A stretch of DNA of 63,626 bases, filler included, from Octopus bimaculoides (taxonomy: Eukaryota), in NCBI RefSeq assembly GCF_001194135.2. It is 8 parts of 8 records of this genome, joined end to end, with 100 filler letters (N's around TTAATTAATTAA, not from the genome) between each part and the next. Parts side by side here need not be neighbours in the genome. Positions count along the whole stretch, not along the records: positions 23,520 to 29,391 come from NC_068983.1; positions 29,492 to 45,969 come from NC_068988.1; 6 more parts are not named here. One strand, given 5' to 3'. The notes under the pieces are model-generated. The model saw nothing but the letters and a program-made list of their open reading frames with translations. It was not told where the DNA came from and made no database searches. Every line of letters starts with the position of its first letter. Position 1 is the first letter of the stretch. The position numbers were made by a program, and so were the translations under genes. Positions 25,491-38,297 of this stretch are shown here, in pieces.

Positions 25491-25724
25491 AAATGATAAT
25501 AATAATAACGTTTTCTAAATGGCCACTAAGGAATTGCAAAGAGATCGGAGACGCTGAAGATGGTACAATGTAGGTTTACCTAAACGTGCGAAAAGAGTGA
25601 ACAGAAAAGGAAACCAAAAGAATATTCAAACAAATAATAATCTCCAAAAGTTAGAAGACCTCAGAGGCCTGATCGTAGAAAAAAACCCATAAAAACCACG
25701 GTACCTTCTGCCTATTTTCCTCCT

Positions 25725-26450
25725 TCAATCTACAGGTGCAAACTTAGAGCAAGTTCGTTCACTCGGGCCGTCCTTGCCTTTCCCATCTGCCTTTTTGCAA
25801 ATTTGCTGGAAAACAGAGCATCCCTCTCCGCCCATACTTTCCTTTCCATGTGAAACTTGAAAAAGTTGACAAGGTTGTTGGTTAAACACAAAAGTGTCTG
25901 CCTTCAGCTCCTTTAGTTTTGTCCAATAATCACCATACAACTTCTTTCACCAAAACCACCAGGCATGTGAAGATCGCCTGTCCTTCCCGGTCACAGTAAG
26001 GCGGTAGAACGTTCTTCACAATGGCCTCAACTGATAGCTGGACCAACCCCACACGTGACAGGCGACAGCAGGCGTTAGATAGAACACCACAAGTTAACAA
26101 TCGCCGGATACAAGACGAGTACTTAGAGAACAATTTCATTGCTCTGTGCAAAGCTCGAGTAAGCCTGGATGACGGCATTTTTTGTGCCTGTAGAGTTTAT
26201 TCCGAACTAGCAATGCTTCTACCCCGTTATCACTTTCAAGACTGATTTATGGAAATTATCCATGGGCCCTGACCCGAAAGTTCTCTGGAATTGACCGGTC
26301 AGTTGAGGCCTAGTGTCTCCCCAAGAACGCCGTTGCTTTAGCCCACCGATAGCTTTCTATAGAACTTCCACTGATCGCCTTACTCGGCTGGCAGAAAGTT
26401 GTGAGGCAAATCTTTCTGAAACAGAGTTCAGTTTGGTCTGAAGGTAAACA
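25725..26450 (-). mobile_element. Tx1/L1-clade ORF2 3' fragment
   Basis: Across frameshifts: FGSGPMDNF, RLSRVGLVQLSVEAIVK, LVVLVKEVVW, NLVNFFKFHMERKVWAER. Confidence 0.6.
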
Positions 26451-27124
26451 CTGCAATCTATGTCTTTTCAGCGATAAACAGTTATGCAGATTTGTTTTCC
26501 TTTCTGCTTGATCTAAAATGCTTTGTTGTTTATTGAGCGCGAGTTTTTTTTTATTCTAGTTTATTGATGTATTTCTCCACCTCTTCTAAATGTTCATGCT
26601 TTTTTGTCGAGTGAGACAAAGTCGAAAATGTTCGTAATCTTGGCGAAAGAAATATTTTTGCTTCGTTTTCCATTGATTAGTGGCTATGGTGAAAAAGATG
26701 TATGGTAAGCAAGACTGAAAGAACTGAAGATTGGGACTATCCCTTTTGGCAAACTCCTTATCGATATTTTCAAGTTCCATTTTTAAAAAATGTGATGGAT
26801 AGAGAAGTGATCTCCTCCACTGAAGATGTTTAGAGATGGACGGTTATAACGAATATGACAAGAACGTCGTGTTCTGACTAACAGCGCGTTCCCCTATGTG
26901 GAGAATGATAATTAGGTGATGGTAGTTAAGGCTATTATAGGGCTTGTCGGATTCTTTGATTGCTCCTAGTTAACGGTCCTCTTCTCTGAGGATTATACCA
27001 TATATATAGATACTGTATATACATTTTTTATATCATTCAATTTTCTCTCATTGAATTTTCGTAAACACCTCTTTTGTAATGTCTCTAATATTCCTTTCAT
27101 TCGACACCCTTGTGGCAAATAAAT

Positions 27125-27127
27125 GCT

Positions 27128-27198
<71 letters not shown>
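27125..27198. repeat. (GCA)n(GTA)n compound microsatellite
   Basis: Direct observation. Confidence 0.95.
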
Positions 27199-27199
<1 letters not shown>

Positions 27200-28526
27200 T
27201 TTGACCGTATTTCCTTTATTTTTCATATCGACTTCATGTTTAGATATTCATGTCCTTAAATGCTTTTAAACTGACTTTTTTGAAAACGATAAATAAATAA
27301 AATATACCTCATAAACAACTTGAAAGTATTTGCTTCAAATAAAGAAAAAAAAACGCGTATCATTCCTTTCCCATAGTTTCCTTAGTACAACAATGCAGTA
27401 ATAATAAATTTTCTGCCCTAAAACATTCTGAATACACATAAATAATGCATGTGTAACTAGTCGTCTGCGCCCATACACAAACTCAGGGCATCTTTGTTTT
27501 TTATGAGTGTGAATGTATGTATATAGGCTCACATATACACTTATACAAATATGTAGTACACAGACACACACACACACACACATACATATTTATTCGATTA
27601 GCTTTAATTTTTGTAAATTAACCCTCGTAATGCTGACCTCGGTGTTATTTAAGCACCTATAATAAAGGTTTGATACTAAATAACACAAGGCATTTTGTGT
27701 GACGCTCTAACGATTCTGCCTCCCCACCCTGGTTATGAAAATTCTATAGCATTGAGTTTAGTACTGATTATCGAGAAAAAAACATGGGATCACAGGCGCA
27801 GTCCCAGGAATTTTTCGAAGGGAGGGCACAAGGTCAGAAGGGAATACAATTCCAGAAGAAAAGGGCGTAATAACATCATTTATAACTGATTCGAGCTGCG
27901 ATAGATATTTTCAGTGTAATGATAAAAAACAATTGAGTTTGTTCTTAGACTATATATAAATCTAAAATACTTCAATTTCTGTTCAACTGACGAACTATGG
28001 CAACAAAAGAACAATTTAGTAGAATGCTTCTATACACCTACTCTACCTTTCCCGTTGCAAAAATATTTAGTAAAATTTAGAAATCATCAATTGCCTCATG
28101 ATGATGAAATACAATTAGATTGAAAAAATTATATACGAATATTGTGGGTTTCTAGTTGGATATGAATATTAAAGCCATCAAACTCAAATTTGCTTCACCG
28201 GCGAAGAAAGGAAACTAAATAAAACAAGGCCAGCAAAAACGTTAAAGAGTTAAGTCGATTACATCGACCCCAGTCCTCAACTGCTACTTATTTTATTGAT
28301 CCCGGAAGGGTGAAAAGCAAAGTCGACCTCAGCGGAATTTGAACTAAGAAAGTAAAGACGGACGAAATGCCGCTAAGCATTATTTTCCCGACGTGCAAAC
28401 GATTCTGTCAGCTCGCTACCTTAGAAAAAACGACTAAATAACATTAATGTTTGGTAAAACGATTTCCTCCCTTGAAGCGATAACGAACAATCAATGAAAG
28501 AACAGTTCTTGTAATAGCAGTTGACC

Positions 28527-28985
28527 AAGGCGGCGAACTGGCAGAAACGTTAGCGCGTTTCAAAGGCGGAGAGCTGGCAGAAACGTTAGCACGCCGGGCG
28601 AAATGCTTAGCGGTATTTCGTCTGTCGTTACGTTCTGAGTTCAAATTCCGCCGAGGTCGACTTTGCCTTTCATCCTTTTGGGGTCGATAAATTAAGTACC
28701 AGTTACGCACTGAGGTCGATGTAATCGACTTAATCCCTTTGTCTGTCCTTGTTTGTTCCCACTATGCTTAGCCCCTTGTGGGAAATAAAGAAATAAGAAA
28801 CGTTAGCAGGCCGGGCGAAATGCTTAGCAGTATTTCGTCTGTCTTGCGCTTTTGAGTTCAAATTCCGCCGTGGTTGACTTTGCCTTTCATCCTTTCGGGG
28901 TCAATGAATTAAGCACCAGTTGCGTACTGGGGTCGATCTAATCGACTGGCTCCCCTACCCAAAAATTTCGGGCCTCGTACCTAGA
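28527..28985 (+). mobile_element. SINE B nested inside SINE B
   Basis: 12-bp TSD AGAAACGTTAGC at 28543-28554 and 28796-28807. Confidence 0.85.
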
Positions 28986-29374
28986 GCTGAAGAGAATATG
29001 ACTTGAATTGTCACCATAGCTACCAGAGAGCAAATTGATTCTATGCCTGTAGAGTAGTTAATTTATTCAAGCGAAATTTGAGTTTGTTCCCTTGTCCCAC
29101 GTGAGAAAGCGTTCTCATTTACGTTAATGGATTTTTTTCTAATAATGGTCATAATTCTAGATGATTGATAATGATTTTCGGTTTACCACCTCAAGCTTGA
29201 TAGTCTACTCTTAATTATATAATCATACAGAAGCTCCCTGTATATATGCATGCATGAATAAATACATATATATTGATGCACAAGGACGTTAACACAACCA
29301 TTCATGAGCAAATACATGCGTGAATTTACATAGACATACATACGTATACGTATATATGTATACACATACTCATA

Positions 29375-29391
29375 AGATCGGAAGAGCGTCG
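29375..29391 (+). other. Illumina adapter remnant (assembly artefact)
   Basis: AGATCGGAAGAGCGTCG immediately before an N gap. Confidence 0.95.
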
Positions 29392-29491
29392 NNNNNNNNN
29401 NNNNNNNNNNNNNNNNNNNNNNNNNNNNNNNNNNNTTAATTAATTAANNNNNNNNNNNNNNNNNNNNNNNNNNNNNNNNNNNNNNNNNNNN

Positions 29492-29830
29492 CCCCTACCT
29501 CTACCCGGAATTCATTGCTGTACTCATTTCCAACCCTCACCTTACTGGCAGCATCTCTGTACATGGCTCGCACAGCTCTCACTAACCATTCTTCTATCCC
29601 AAGTTTCCTCATTGACCACCAGATAAGGGATCGGGGGACCCTGTCAAAGGCTTTCTCCATGTCAACGAAAGCCAGGTACAGAGGTTTATCCTTAGCTAGG
29701 TATTTCTCCTGCAACTGTCTCACTAGAAATAAGGCATCAGTAGTGCTTTTACCTGGCACGAACCCAAACTGCATCTCATCTAAATTGATTCGCTCCCTAA
29801 TTAGTTGGGCTATGACCCTCTCTGTAACTT
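29492..29830 (-). mobile_element. RTE LINE RT fragment
   Basis: QFGFVPGKSTTDALFLVRQLQEKY..KPLYLAFVDMEKAFDRVPR; open frame, apparently young. Confidence 0.9.
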
Positions 29831-30186
29831 TCATATGTATATATATATATGTATGTATGTATGTATGTATATGGAAATAGTTTAACATTGAACGAAAGGA
29901 TTAATAAATACGTCTTATTAGAGCAGATGTTTATGAAACTTTAATAAGGGGAAGGTTGACAGTAACTTTGAAGTTTCAGCTTGTTTGCCTTTGTCAGACT
30001 GATTAAACATATATGTGAATATATCAGTTGAGGTGGGTTGGGACGAAGGGTTGGGGAGGTTTAGTAACTTTTCTATAGATTGTGGAATCATGAGACCCTT
30101 TTATAAGAAAGAATAAAGTAACTGGTGTAAATGGGTATATATATATGTATGTATGCGTGTGTGTATATATATATATTATAATAATA

Positions 30187-30232
<46 letters not shown>

Positions 30233-30305
30233 GTATATGTATATATATCTATATATATATACATATGTATATGTACATACTAACATCTATATGTATATAT
30301 ATATG

Positions 30306-30336
<31 letters not shown>

Positions 30337-31204
30337 GCATATGTGGGCACAGGAAGTCACAAAACATGTACAACAAAAAATACGAAGCACGAGTACATGG
30401 AATATGAACTGTTTTTTCGAACAACGAAAGACACAAATGGAAAACAACATAAAGAACGACCCTTCATCAGTTGTTGGCTGTTTTTCTAGTCTCGTATTTT
30501 GAGCATTTAAAATCAATATATGCTTTCGATAAAACAGTTGCTCCCGCAAAGCAAGTTAAATAAAATTTGGGATTTTGCGCAGTCAAAATTGGTAACACAA
30601 ACAGAAGAGTGAAAACAAACAGGAAGGGCTGCTAAGCCTAAACAAGGTTGTGGTGGCGAACGCATAAATCAGGCTTGGACAGGAGACAGACAAGAACATG
30701 TCTTCCTTGATCCAGCTACAACGGAGAGAAAGAAACACAAGTTAGAAGAAAGATGGCCGATGGTCACGTGGGATGGATGGATATGTATATANNNNNNNNN
30801 NNNNNNNNNNNNNNNNNNNNNNNNNNNNNNNNNNNNNNNNNNNNNNNNNNNNNNNNNNNNNNNNNNNNNNNNNNNNNNNNNNNNNNNNNNNNNNNNNNNN
30901 NNNNNNNNNNNNNNNNNNNNNNNNNNNNNNNNNNNNNNNNNNNNNNNNNNNNNNNNNNNNNNNNNNNNNNNNNNNNNNNNNNNNNNNNNNNNNNNNNNNN
31001 NNNNNNNNNNNNNACACACACACGCACACATATATGACAGGCTTCTTTCAGTTTCTGTCTACCAAATCCACTCACCAGGCTTTGGTCAGCCCAAGGCTTT
31101 AGTAGAAGACACTTGCCCAAGGTGCCACGCAGCGGGACTGAACCTGGAACCATGTGGTTGGCAAGCAAGCTACTTACCTGTGCTTATTATAAATATATAA
31201 ATAC

Positions 31205-31790
31205 AAGTGTGGCTGTGGCTGTGTGGTAAGAAGTTTGCTTCTCAACCACATGGTTCTGGGTTCAGTGCCATCATGTGACACCTATTATAGCCTTGGGCCA
31301 ATCAGAGCCTTGGAAGTGGATTTGGTTGACAGAAACTGAATTAAGGCGATGAGCTGGCAGAACCGTTAGCATGCTGGACGAAGTGCTTAGCAGTGTTTCG
31401 TCTGTCGCTACGTTCTGAGTTCAAATTCCGCCGAGGTTGACTTTGCCTTTCATCCTTTCGGGATCAATAGATTAAGTACCAGTTACGCACTGGGGTCGAT
31501 GTAATCGACTTAATCCGTTTGTCTATCTTCGTTTGTCCCCTCTGTGTTTAGCCCCCTGGGGACAATAAAGAAATAAGAAACTGAATGAAGCCCGTCACAT
31601 ATATGGGTGTGTGTGTGTGTATTTCTTTGGGTCTGTCTTTGCCGTCCACCATTGATTGACAACCAGTAAAAGACAGCAACGAAATAAGTACCAGACTTAA
31701 CAGAAGACGTAAGTTCTAGGGTCAGATCATTTGACAAAGAATTCTTCAAGGCGTTGCCCCAGCTGCAGTCAGATGACTAAAAGAAGCAAA
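31205..31790 (+). mobile_element. SINE A containing a nested SINE B (31342-31575)
   Basis: 11-bp TSD AGAAACTGAAT at 31331-31341 and 31576-31586. Confidence 0.85.
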
Positions 31791-32946
31791 AAATAGACAA
31801 TAAAAGATATGCACACATATAAATATAACAATTGGTTTAGATCATGTCAATCATGATTATTAGCTCGTTAGCTTCTAGCATATGACTGGCTTGTGGTTTA
31901 TACTGTAGGAATATTAATTAATTAATCAATCAATCAATTAATAATGTTCTCATTTTACCATTCCATTATAAAATTAAGAATGATTATTTAATATCAGGTC
32001 CTCCACAACTGCAATTTCTGTGATAGGATTAGAAACATATGTCATGTGGTAAAGAAATATAATGGAAAGAGATAAATGCACAACAGTTTTATCCCTGCTA
32101 GATGTGTTTCAATAGCATAACATTTTATTCATAATTTGTACATGATGTAATATAGGATGTTGGCCATTTTTTCAGACACCCAACTGCTAAAATGATTGTG
32201 CGTGTGTGTGTGTGTGTGTGCATGCATGCATACATACATACATACATCACAGCCCTTGAGCTGAAACTAGTAAAAAAATAAAAGAATATCATCATCATCA
32301 TCGTTTAACGTCCGCTTTCCATGCTAGCATGGGTTGGACGATTTGACTGAGGACTGGTGAAACCGGATGGCAACACCAGGCTCCAATCTAAATTTGGCAG
32401 AGTTTCTACAGCTGGATGCCCTTCCTAACGCCAACCACTCAGAGAGTGTAGTAGGTGCTTTTATGTGTCACCTGCACGAAGGCCAGTCAGGCGATACTGG
32501 CAACGGCCATGCTCGAAATGGTGTCTTTTATGTGCCNNNNNNNNNNNNNNNNNNNNNNNNNNNNNNNNNNNNNNNNNNNNNNNNNNNNNNNNNNNNNNNN
32601 NNNNNNNNNNNNNNNNNNNNNNNNNNNNNNNNNNNNNNNNNNNNNNNNNNNNNNNNNNNNNNNNNNNNNNNNNNNNNNNNNNNNNNNNNNNNNNNNNNNN
32701 NNNNNNNNNNNNNNNNNNNNNNNNNNNNNNNNNNNNNNNNNNNNNNNNNNNNNNNNNNNNNNNNNNNNNNNNNNNNNNNNNNNNNNNNNNNNNNNNNNNN
32801 NNNNNNNNNNNNNNNNNNNNNNNNNNNNNNNNNNNNNNNNNNNNNNNNNNNNNNNNNNNNNNNNNNNNNNNNNNNNNNNNNNNNNNNNNNNNNNNNNNNN
32901 NNNNNNNNNNNNNNNNNNNNNNNNNNNNNNNNNNNNNNNNNNNNNN

Positions 32947-33580
32947 CTCAGCCCAGGTCTTCCTGGGCCTACCTCTTCCACGGGTTCCCTCAACTGTTAG
33001 GGTGTGGCACTTTTTCAGGCAGCTATCCTCATCCATTCTCACCACATGTCCATACCAGCGCAATCGTCTCTCTTGCACACCACAACTGATGCTTCTAATG
33101 TTCAGCTTTTCTCTCAAGATACTTACACTCTGACGGGTATTCACATTGACATTACACATCCAACGGAGCATACTGGCTTCATTCCTTGCGAGCTTACGTA
33201 TGTCCTCAGCAGTTACAGCCCATGTTTCACTGCCATGTAGCATGGCTGTTCGTACGCATGCGTCATACAGTCTGCCTATATATATATATAGAAAGACAGA
33301 GACAGATGGGTTAGTGTCTTCTGCTATAGCCCCAGATCAACCAAAGCCTTGTGAGTGAATTTGGTTGATGGAAACTGAAAGAAGCCTGTCGAGTACATAC
33401 TGGTTTCATTCCTTGCAAGCTTACGCATGTCCTCAGCAGTCACAGCCCAAGTTTCACTGCCATGTAGCATGACAGTTTGCACACATGCATCATACAGTCT
33501 ACCTTTTACTCTGAGCAAGAGGCCCTTTGTCACCAGCAGAGGTAGGAGCTCTCTGAACTTTGCCCAGGCTATTCTTATTC
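32947..33580 (-). mobile_element. RTE LINE C-terminal fragments (two overlapping-homology pieces)
   Basis: MLHGSETWAVTAED.RKLARNE, RRLRWYGHVVRMDEDSCLKKC; a related piece lies at 47454-47750(-). Confidence 0.85.
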
Positions 33581-33594
33581 TATATATGTGTGTG

Positions 33595-33633
<39 letters not shown>

Positions 33634-34879
33634 TCATCATTATCACCATCATCGTTTAACGTCCATCTTCCATACATGCATGGGTAGGACAGTTGACAGG
33701 AGCCAACCAAGTAGAAAATATACCCAAGGCTACTGTGTCTGTTTTGGCAGGGTTTTTTACAGCTGGATGCCCTTCTTATCACCAACCACTCTGCAGAGTT
33801 GACCTAGTGCTTTTTACATGGCACTAGCACAGCTGAGGCTAGTTTTGGCATGATTTTTACAGCTGGATGCCCTTCCTATCATCTATCTATATATATATAT
33901 ATATATATATGACTGACCTTTGGCAATATGCTGTGCTTGAGAAGACCCGTCAAGCCAAGTGAAATTGTAATTATGGCTGATACTCAGGTCACGTATGCCA
34001 GTGGCATGCAAAAAGCACTATTCAAGGGCTGGGCCTCACAGAAATAATGTGACTAATGCCAGTATCACGTAACTGGCACCTGTGCTGGTTGCATGTGGAA
34101 AGTATCTATTACTCTCTTGGAGTGGTTGGCGTTAGGAAGAGCATCCAGCCATAGAAACCATGGCAAATGAGACTGGAGTCTGGTGCAGCCTCTCAGCTTA
34201 CAAGCCTTGGTCAAACCGTCCAACCTATTCCAGCATGGACTACAGATATTAAATGATGATGATGATATATATATATATATATACATATATATAACATATG
34301 TCATATCAGTGTTCAAAATTCTATTGATTAATCTGTTTGTCTTGATTAAGTCTGACCGAAATATTTAGAGATACGAATATTTGAATATAAAACAAGAGTT
34401 GGCAATCCAGTTATTGTAGTACTTCTCCCTCTTTAAGATGAAAATTTTTATCTGAGAATGAAATTCCATCTAAAAGAAAGTTATTATGAAAACAAATAAC
34501 GTCTGTTGAGATTTTGTACAACTCTAAGCCGACCATTAAAAAAAAAGTGATTTATTACGTAAACACAAGACATTAAGATTTGTAAGAGAGGGTAAATGGG
34601 AGGTTTTGATATAGTTAGACATTTTCTAACAAATATTGCTGACATAAAGGAAGAGAAACAGGGGGTGTGACAAAAAAAAAAACCCCTCTGATTTACCATT
34701 ATTGATAAATATTTCAATAATAAACTCTTAATATGTTTCAGTTTACACCATAATTTAGGAAAAATGGTAGAACATTAGCTACATGTAGATATCAACACCA
34801 CCTGCTTAGCTTCCCTAACACCTCACCAATAGCCAGGTAAAATATGGGAAGTTTTTCTTCTGTGTTCTGTTGTAACTGT

Positions 34880-36280
34880 GAAAACACAGAGGAGTGATAT
34901 TAGATAGAAATGGAGGCCCTTTTCTGCAGAGCACGAGAAGAAGCCTTGAGGATGAAGTATGTTTGGGGGAAGAATTGACAACACAGCTGAGAGTGACAAA
35001 TGCAGAATGTATGGTGAGAGGGGTGAAATGGTATGGCACATTGTTAGTGAATGCCTGAAATTGGCATGAAAGACAACATGACAATGTGGCAAGAACGATC
35101 TGTTGGGAGGTCTGTGGAAACTATGGCTTAGAAAGATTCAAAGATGTGAAATGACCAAATCCCAGAAGGTGTTACTGAGAATGAAGATTGTAAAATCCTT
35201 TGGGAGACAATGGTTCAGTGTGAACATCAGATTAGACATTGGAAACCTGACATTGTTGTGGGGAACAGAAAAAAATGACAAACATGCAAGAGGAGATATT
35301 GATAAATCAGGTATAGCTGACCATGTATGGATAAATGGAGACCACTTCCCCCTGTGGGATGAAGTTAAAATAATAGAGAACACCAGTGGAAAATATGAAA
35401 ACTAAAAGAAGCAGCACATATGCTAGGACACAACAACCTCCTAAGCAGACCGAGTGCAGATATGAGCAGCATATGGGAACCGGTATTAAGGAAGGATAGG
35501 AGAATATTAGATTTATAAGCCCTAAAATTCACTCTATAATGGCATAGTGGTTAAGAGCGCAGGCTACTAACCCCAAGATTCCGAGTTCGATTCCAGGCAG
35601 GGACCTGAATGATAATAATAATTATTATAACATCGAAAAAGTACCTTAAGAATGAGAACCCCAGTTTGAAATTTCCCCCAAAACACCTGAGGGTATATCA
35701 GCCAAAATGTGTTAACAATAAACAAGATCCGTCAAATGTAAATAATGTAAATAATGGATCTCATCTTTTAAATATTAAACATGCCGGATAATCGAAATAG
35801 CATGTCTTGATGACAACAGGATTGAAGAGAGAGAACAAGTGAACAACTATGAGGAATTGAAGCGTGAAATATGAAGGTTGTGAGCAACGAAGAGAGTGGA
35901 TGTGATTGGCATGCTTGGAAGTTTCAGCACTCAACTACCATCATGGCTCAAACAGATTGGAACTTTCAAAATGCAAAGACCTGGAAACAGAGGTAACTCG
36001 AATGTGGAGTCTAAAAACAGAAACAATTCCTATCATAGTAGGTGCCTTAGGTATAATAAAAAAATATTCAGACAAGTACATAACAAAAACACCAGGACTT
36101 ACAAATATATATAACATACAGAAAATTGCACTACTGGGCACTGCACACATCCTACGCAAAACACTTTCAATACAGTAACCATAAGAGCATCACAGCAAAC
36201 CACAGCACATACCCAAGGCACACAGAGCTGTGCTCGGTAGTGAAGTGAAAGCACGTTATAAAAATAATAATAATTATAAT
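34880..36280 (+). mobile_element. R4/Dong-clade fragments, interrupted by a PLE module at 35275-35760
   Basis: C..CGE..E...HIVSEC, KPDIVV, then IIEIAC.DD.RIEE; a second 3' end IPIIVGALG...QKIALLGTAHILRK* with UTR and (AAT) tail. Confidence 0.75.
35275..35760 (+). mobile_element. PLE GIY-YIG C-terminus + tRNA-like head + (AAT)n + hammerhead, copy 1 (HHR core partly deleted)
   Basis: RGDIDKSGIADHVW..GDHFPLWDEVKII..KLKEAAHML; A/B boxes at 35540-35594; 11-bp deletion in the CTGATGAAGGCTGGAG segment. Confidence 0.8.
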
Positions 36281-37713
36281 TATAACCGTTTCTAGTTTTT
36301 GTACAAGGCCAGCAATTTTAGGGGCCAAGATTAGTCAATTACATTACTGGTACTTTATTTTATTGACCCTCAAAGAATGAAAGGTAAAATCCTAATTTCT
36401 TACTTAGGCACAAAGCCAGAAATTTGAAGGGAAAAGTGGATCCCTTTAACCCTAGGAATTGATTTGTACTTTATATAGTGACCCCTGGTGGAGTGAAAGG
36501 AAAAGTTGCCATTTGGTTATAATTTCATTCTCATACAGTGGTATCAAACTGACCCCAGTATTTGATTGATATTTTATATCGTTGAACCCTGAAGAATGAA
36601 AGGCAAAGTTGGTCTTTATGGGATTTGAATTCAGAAAGGAGAGAAAGGTCCATAACTAAATATTATAAGGTTTTTTCATCCAGAATCGTAATGAATGAAG
36701 AATCAATCCATAAACACCAGCACCACTNNNNNNNNNNNNNNNNNNNNNNNNNNNNNNNNNNNNNNNNNNNNNNNNNNNNNNNNNNNNNNNNNNNNNNNNN
36801 NNNNNNNNNNNNNNNNNNNNNNNNNNNNNNNNNNNNNNNNNNNNNNNNNNNNNNNNNNNNNNNNNNNNNNNNNNNNNNNNNNNNNNNNNNNNNNNNNNNN
36901 NNNNNNNNNNNNNNNNNNNNNNNNNNNNNNNNNNNNNNNNNNNNNNNNNNNNNNNNNNNNNNNNNNNNNNNNNNNNNNNNNNNNNNNNNNNNNNNNNNNN
37001 NNNNNNNNNNNNNNNNNNNNNNNNNNNNNNNNNNNNNNNNNNNNNNNNNNNNNNNNNNNNNNNNNNNNNNNNNNNNNNNNNATTTAAAATTAGTGAAATA
37101 CAGAGGTGGTTGCCACTATATGGAGTTAGAGATTGAGAGAAAAAAAAATTATGAATTGGACAGAAATTGTATAGAAATGGTGTTTTTTTTAATTTTTTGT
37201 ACTTTATTCTTTTAATTCTTTTGTCATTGGACAGTGGCCATGCTGGGGCACCATTTCGAAGGGTTTGGTCAAACAAATTGGCTCCAGGACTTACGTTTTC
37301 TCTTTATATATTAGGTTGTCAAGAAAGTTCTTGTGGTTTTTAACCTTTAAATTCAGATGCACATATCTCGGCTCAGACAAAACTTTATTCATCGAAGTAA
37401 ACACCATCAGAATCAATACACTTTTGCCAACGTGAAACAAGTTTATTTATGCCAGTAGCGTAAAAATCCTGCGTTCTGGTGGCGATGAAGTTGTTGAAGG
37501 CGTGTTTAGCAGTGTCTTGGTTTTTGAAGCATTTCTCACGCATAAATCAGGTATTCCAAATCAGTCGGAAGGACGAGGACGGTCCGTGTGAGCATGCAAT
37601 AAATAGTCAATAAAATAAACAATCAATAAAAAAAAATGGATAATAAAAATTAACAAAGAAGAAGAGGAAATGCACAAAAAATATATGAGCTTGACGCTGG
37701 GTGAAAAGAGAGA

Positions 37714-37940
37714 GTTTGACGTTTCGAGCATAACTCTTTGTCGGAAAGGAGAAAAGGAAAAGTGCAAAGAAGAAAAGGAATCGCCAACAGCATGTGCATT
37801 GCTTCAGTGCTTCAGTGCTTCAGTGCTGCTGGCGATTTCTTTTCTCTTTTCTGATGAAGAGTTATGCTTTTCTTTCTTTGGACTATTCGCTTTCTCTTTT
37901 TTCCGACAAAGAGCTTTGCTCTAAACATCAAAAACTCTCA
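37714..37940. repeat. Three decayed hammerhead-like motifs in inverted arrangement (PLE remnant)
   Basis: Variants of CTGAYGA-A-GAGC-NNN-GCTC-GAAA-CGTC at 37714-37750(-), 37847-37870(+) and 37895-37940(+). Confidence 0.55.
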
Positions 37941-38297
37941 CCTTTCACCGAGCATCAAACTATATATACATATATAAAATGTGTGTGTGTGTTTGTCCCC
38001 CACTGTTGCTTGACAACTGATGTTGGTTTGTTTACATCCCTGTAACTTAGTAGTTCAGTAAAAGAGCCTGATAGAATAAATACTACACTTAAAAACAGAA
38101 AAGGTTACTGGGATTGATTTGTTTGACTAAAATTCTTCAAGGTAGTGCACCAGCATGGCCACAGTCCAATGACTGAAACAAGTAAAAGAATTATTAAGTT
38201 GGTATCAAGCTGGCAGAATATGTTCGACAAGATGCTTGGCAACATTTCTTCTGACTCTTCATGTTGTGAGTTCAAATGCCATTGAAGGTGACTTTGC

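Noticed and set aside
25543-25556. AGATCGGAGACG as a second adapter
   Set aside because: Only an 8-nt match, mid-contig.
35541-35605. Functional tRNA gene (also applies to the other SINE heads)
   Set aside because: No complete cloverleaf or acceptor stem; embedded in repeats. Treated as a tRNA-derived promoter.
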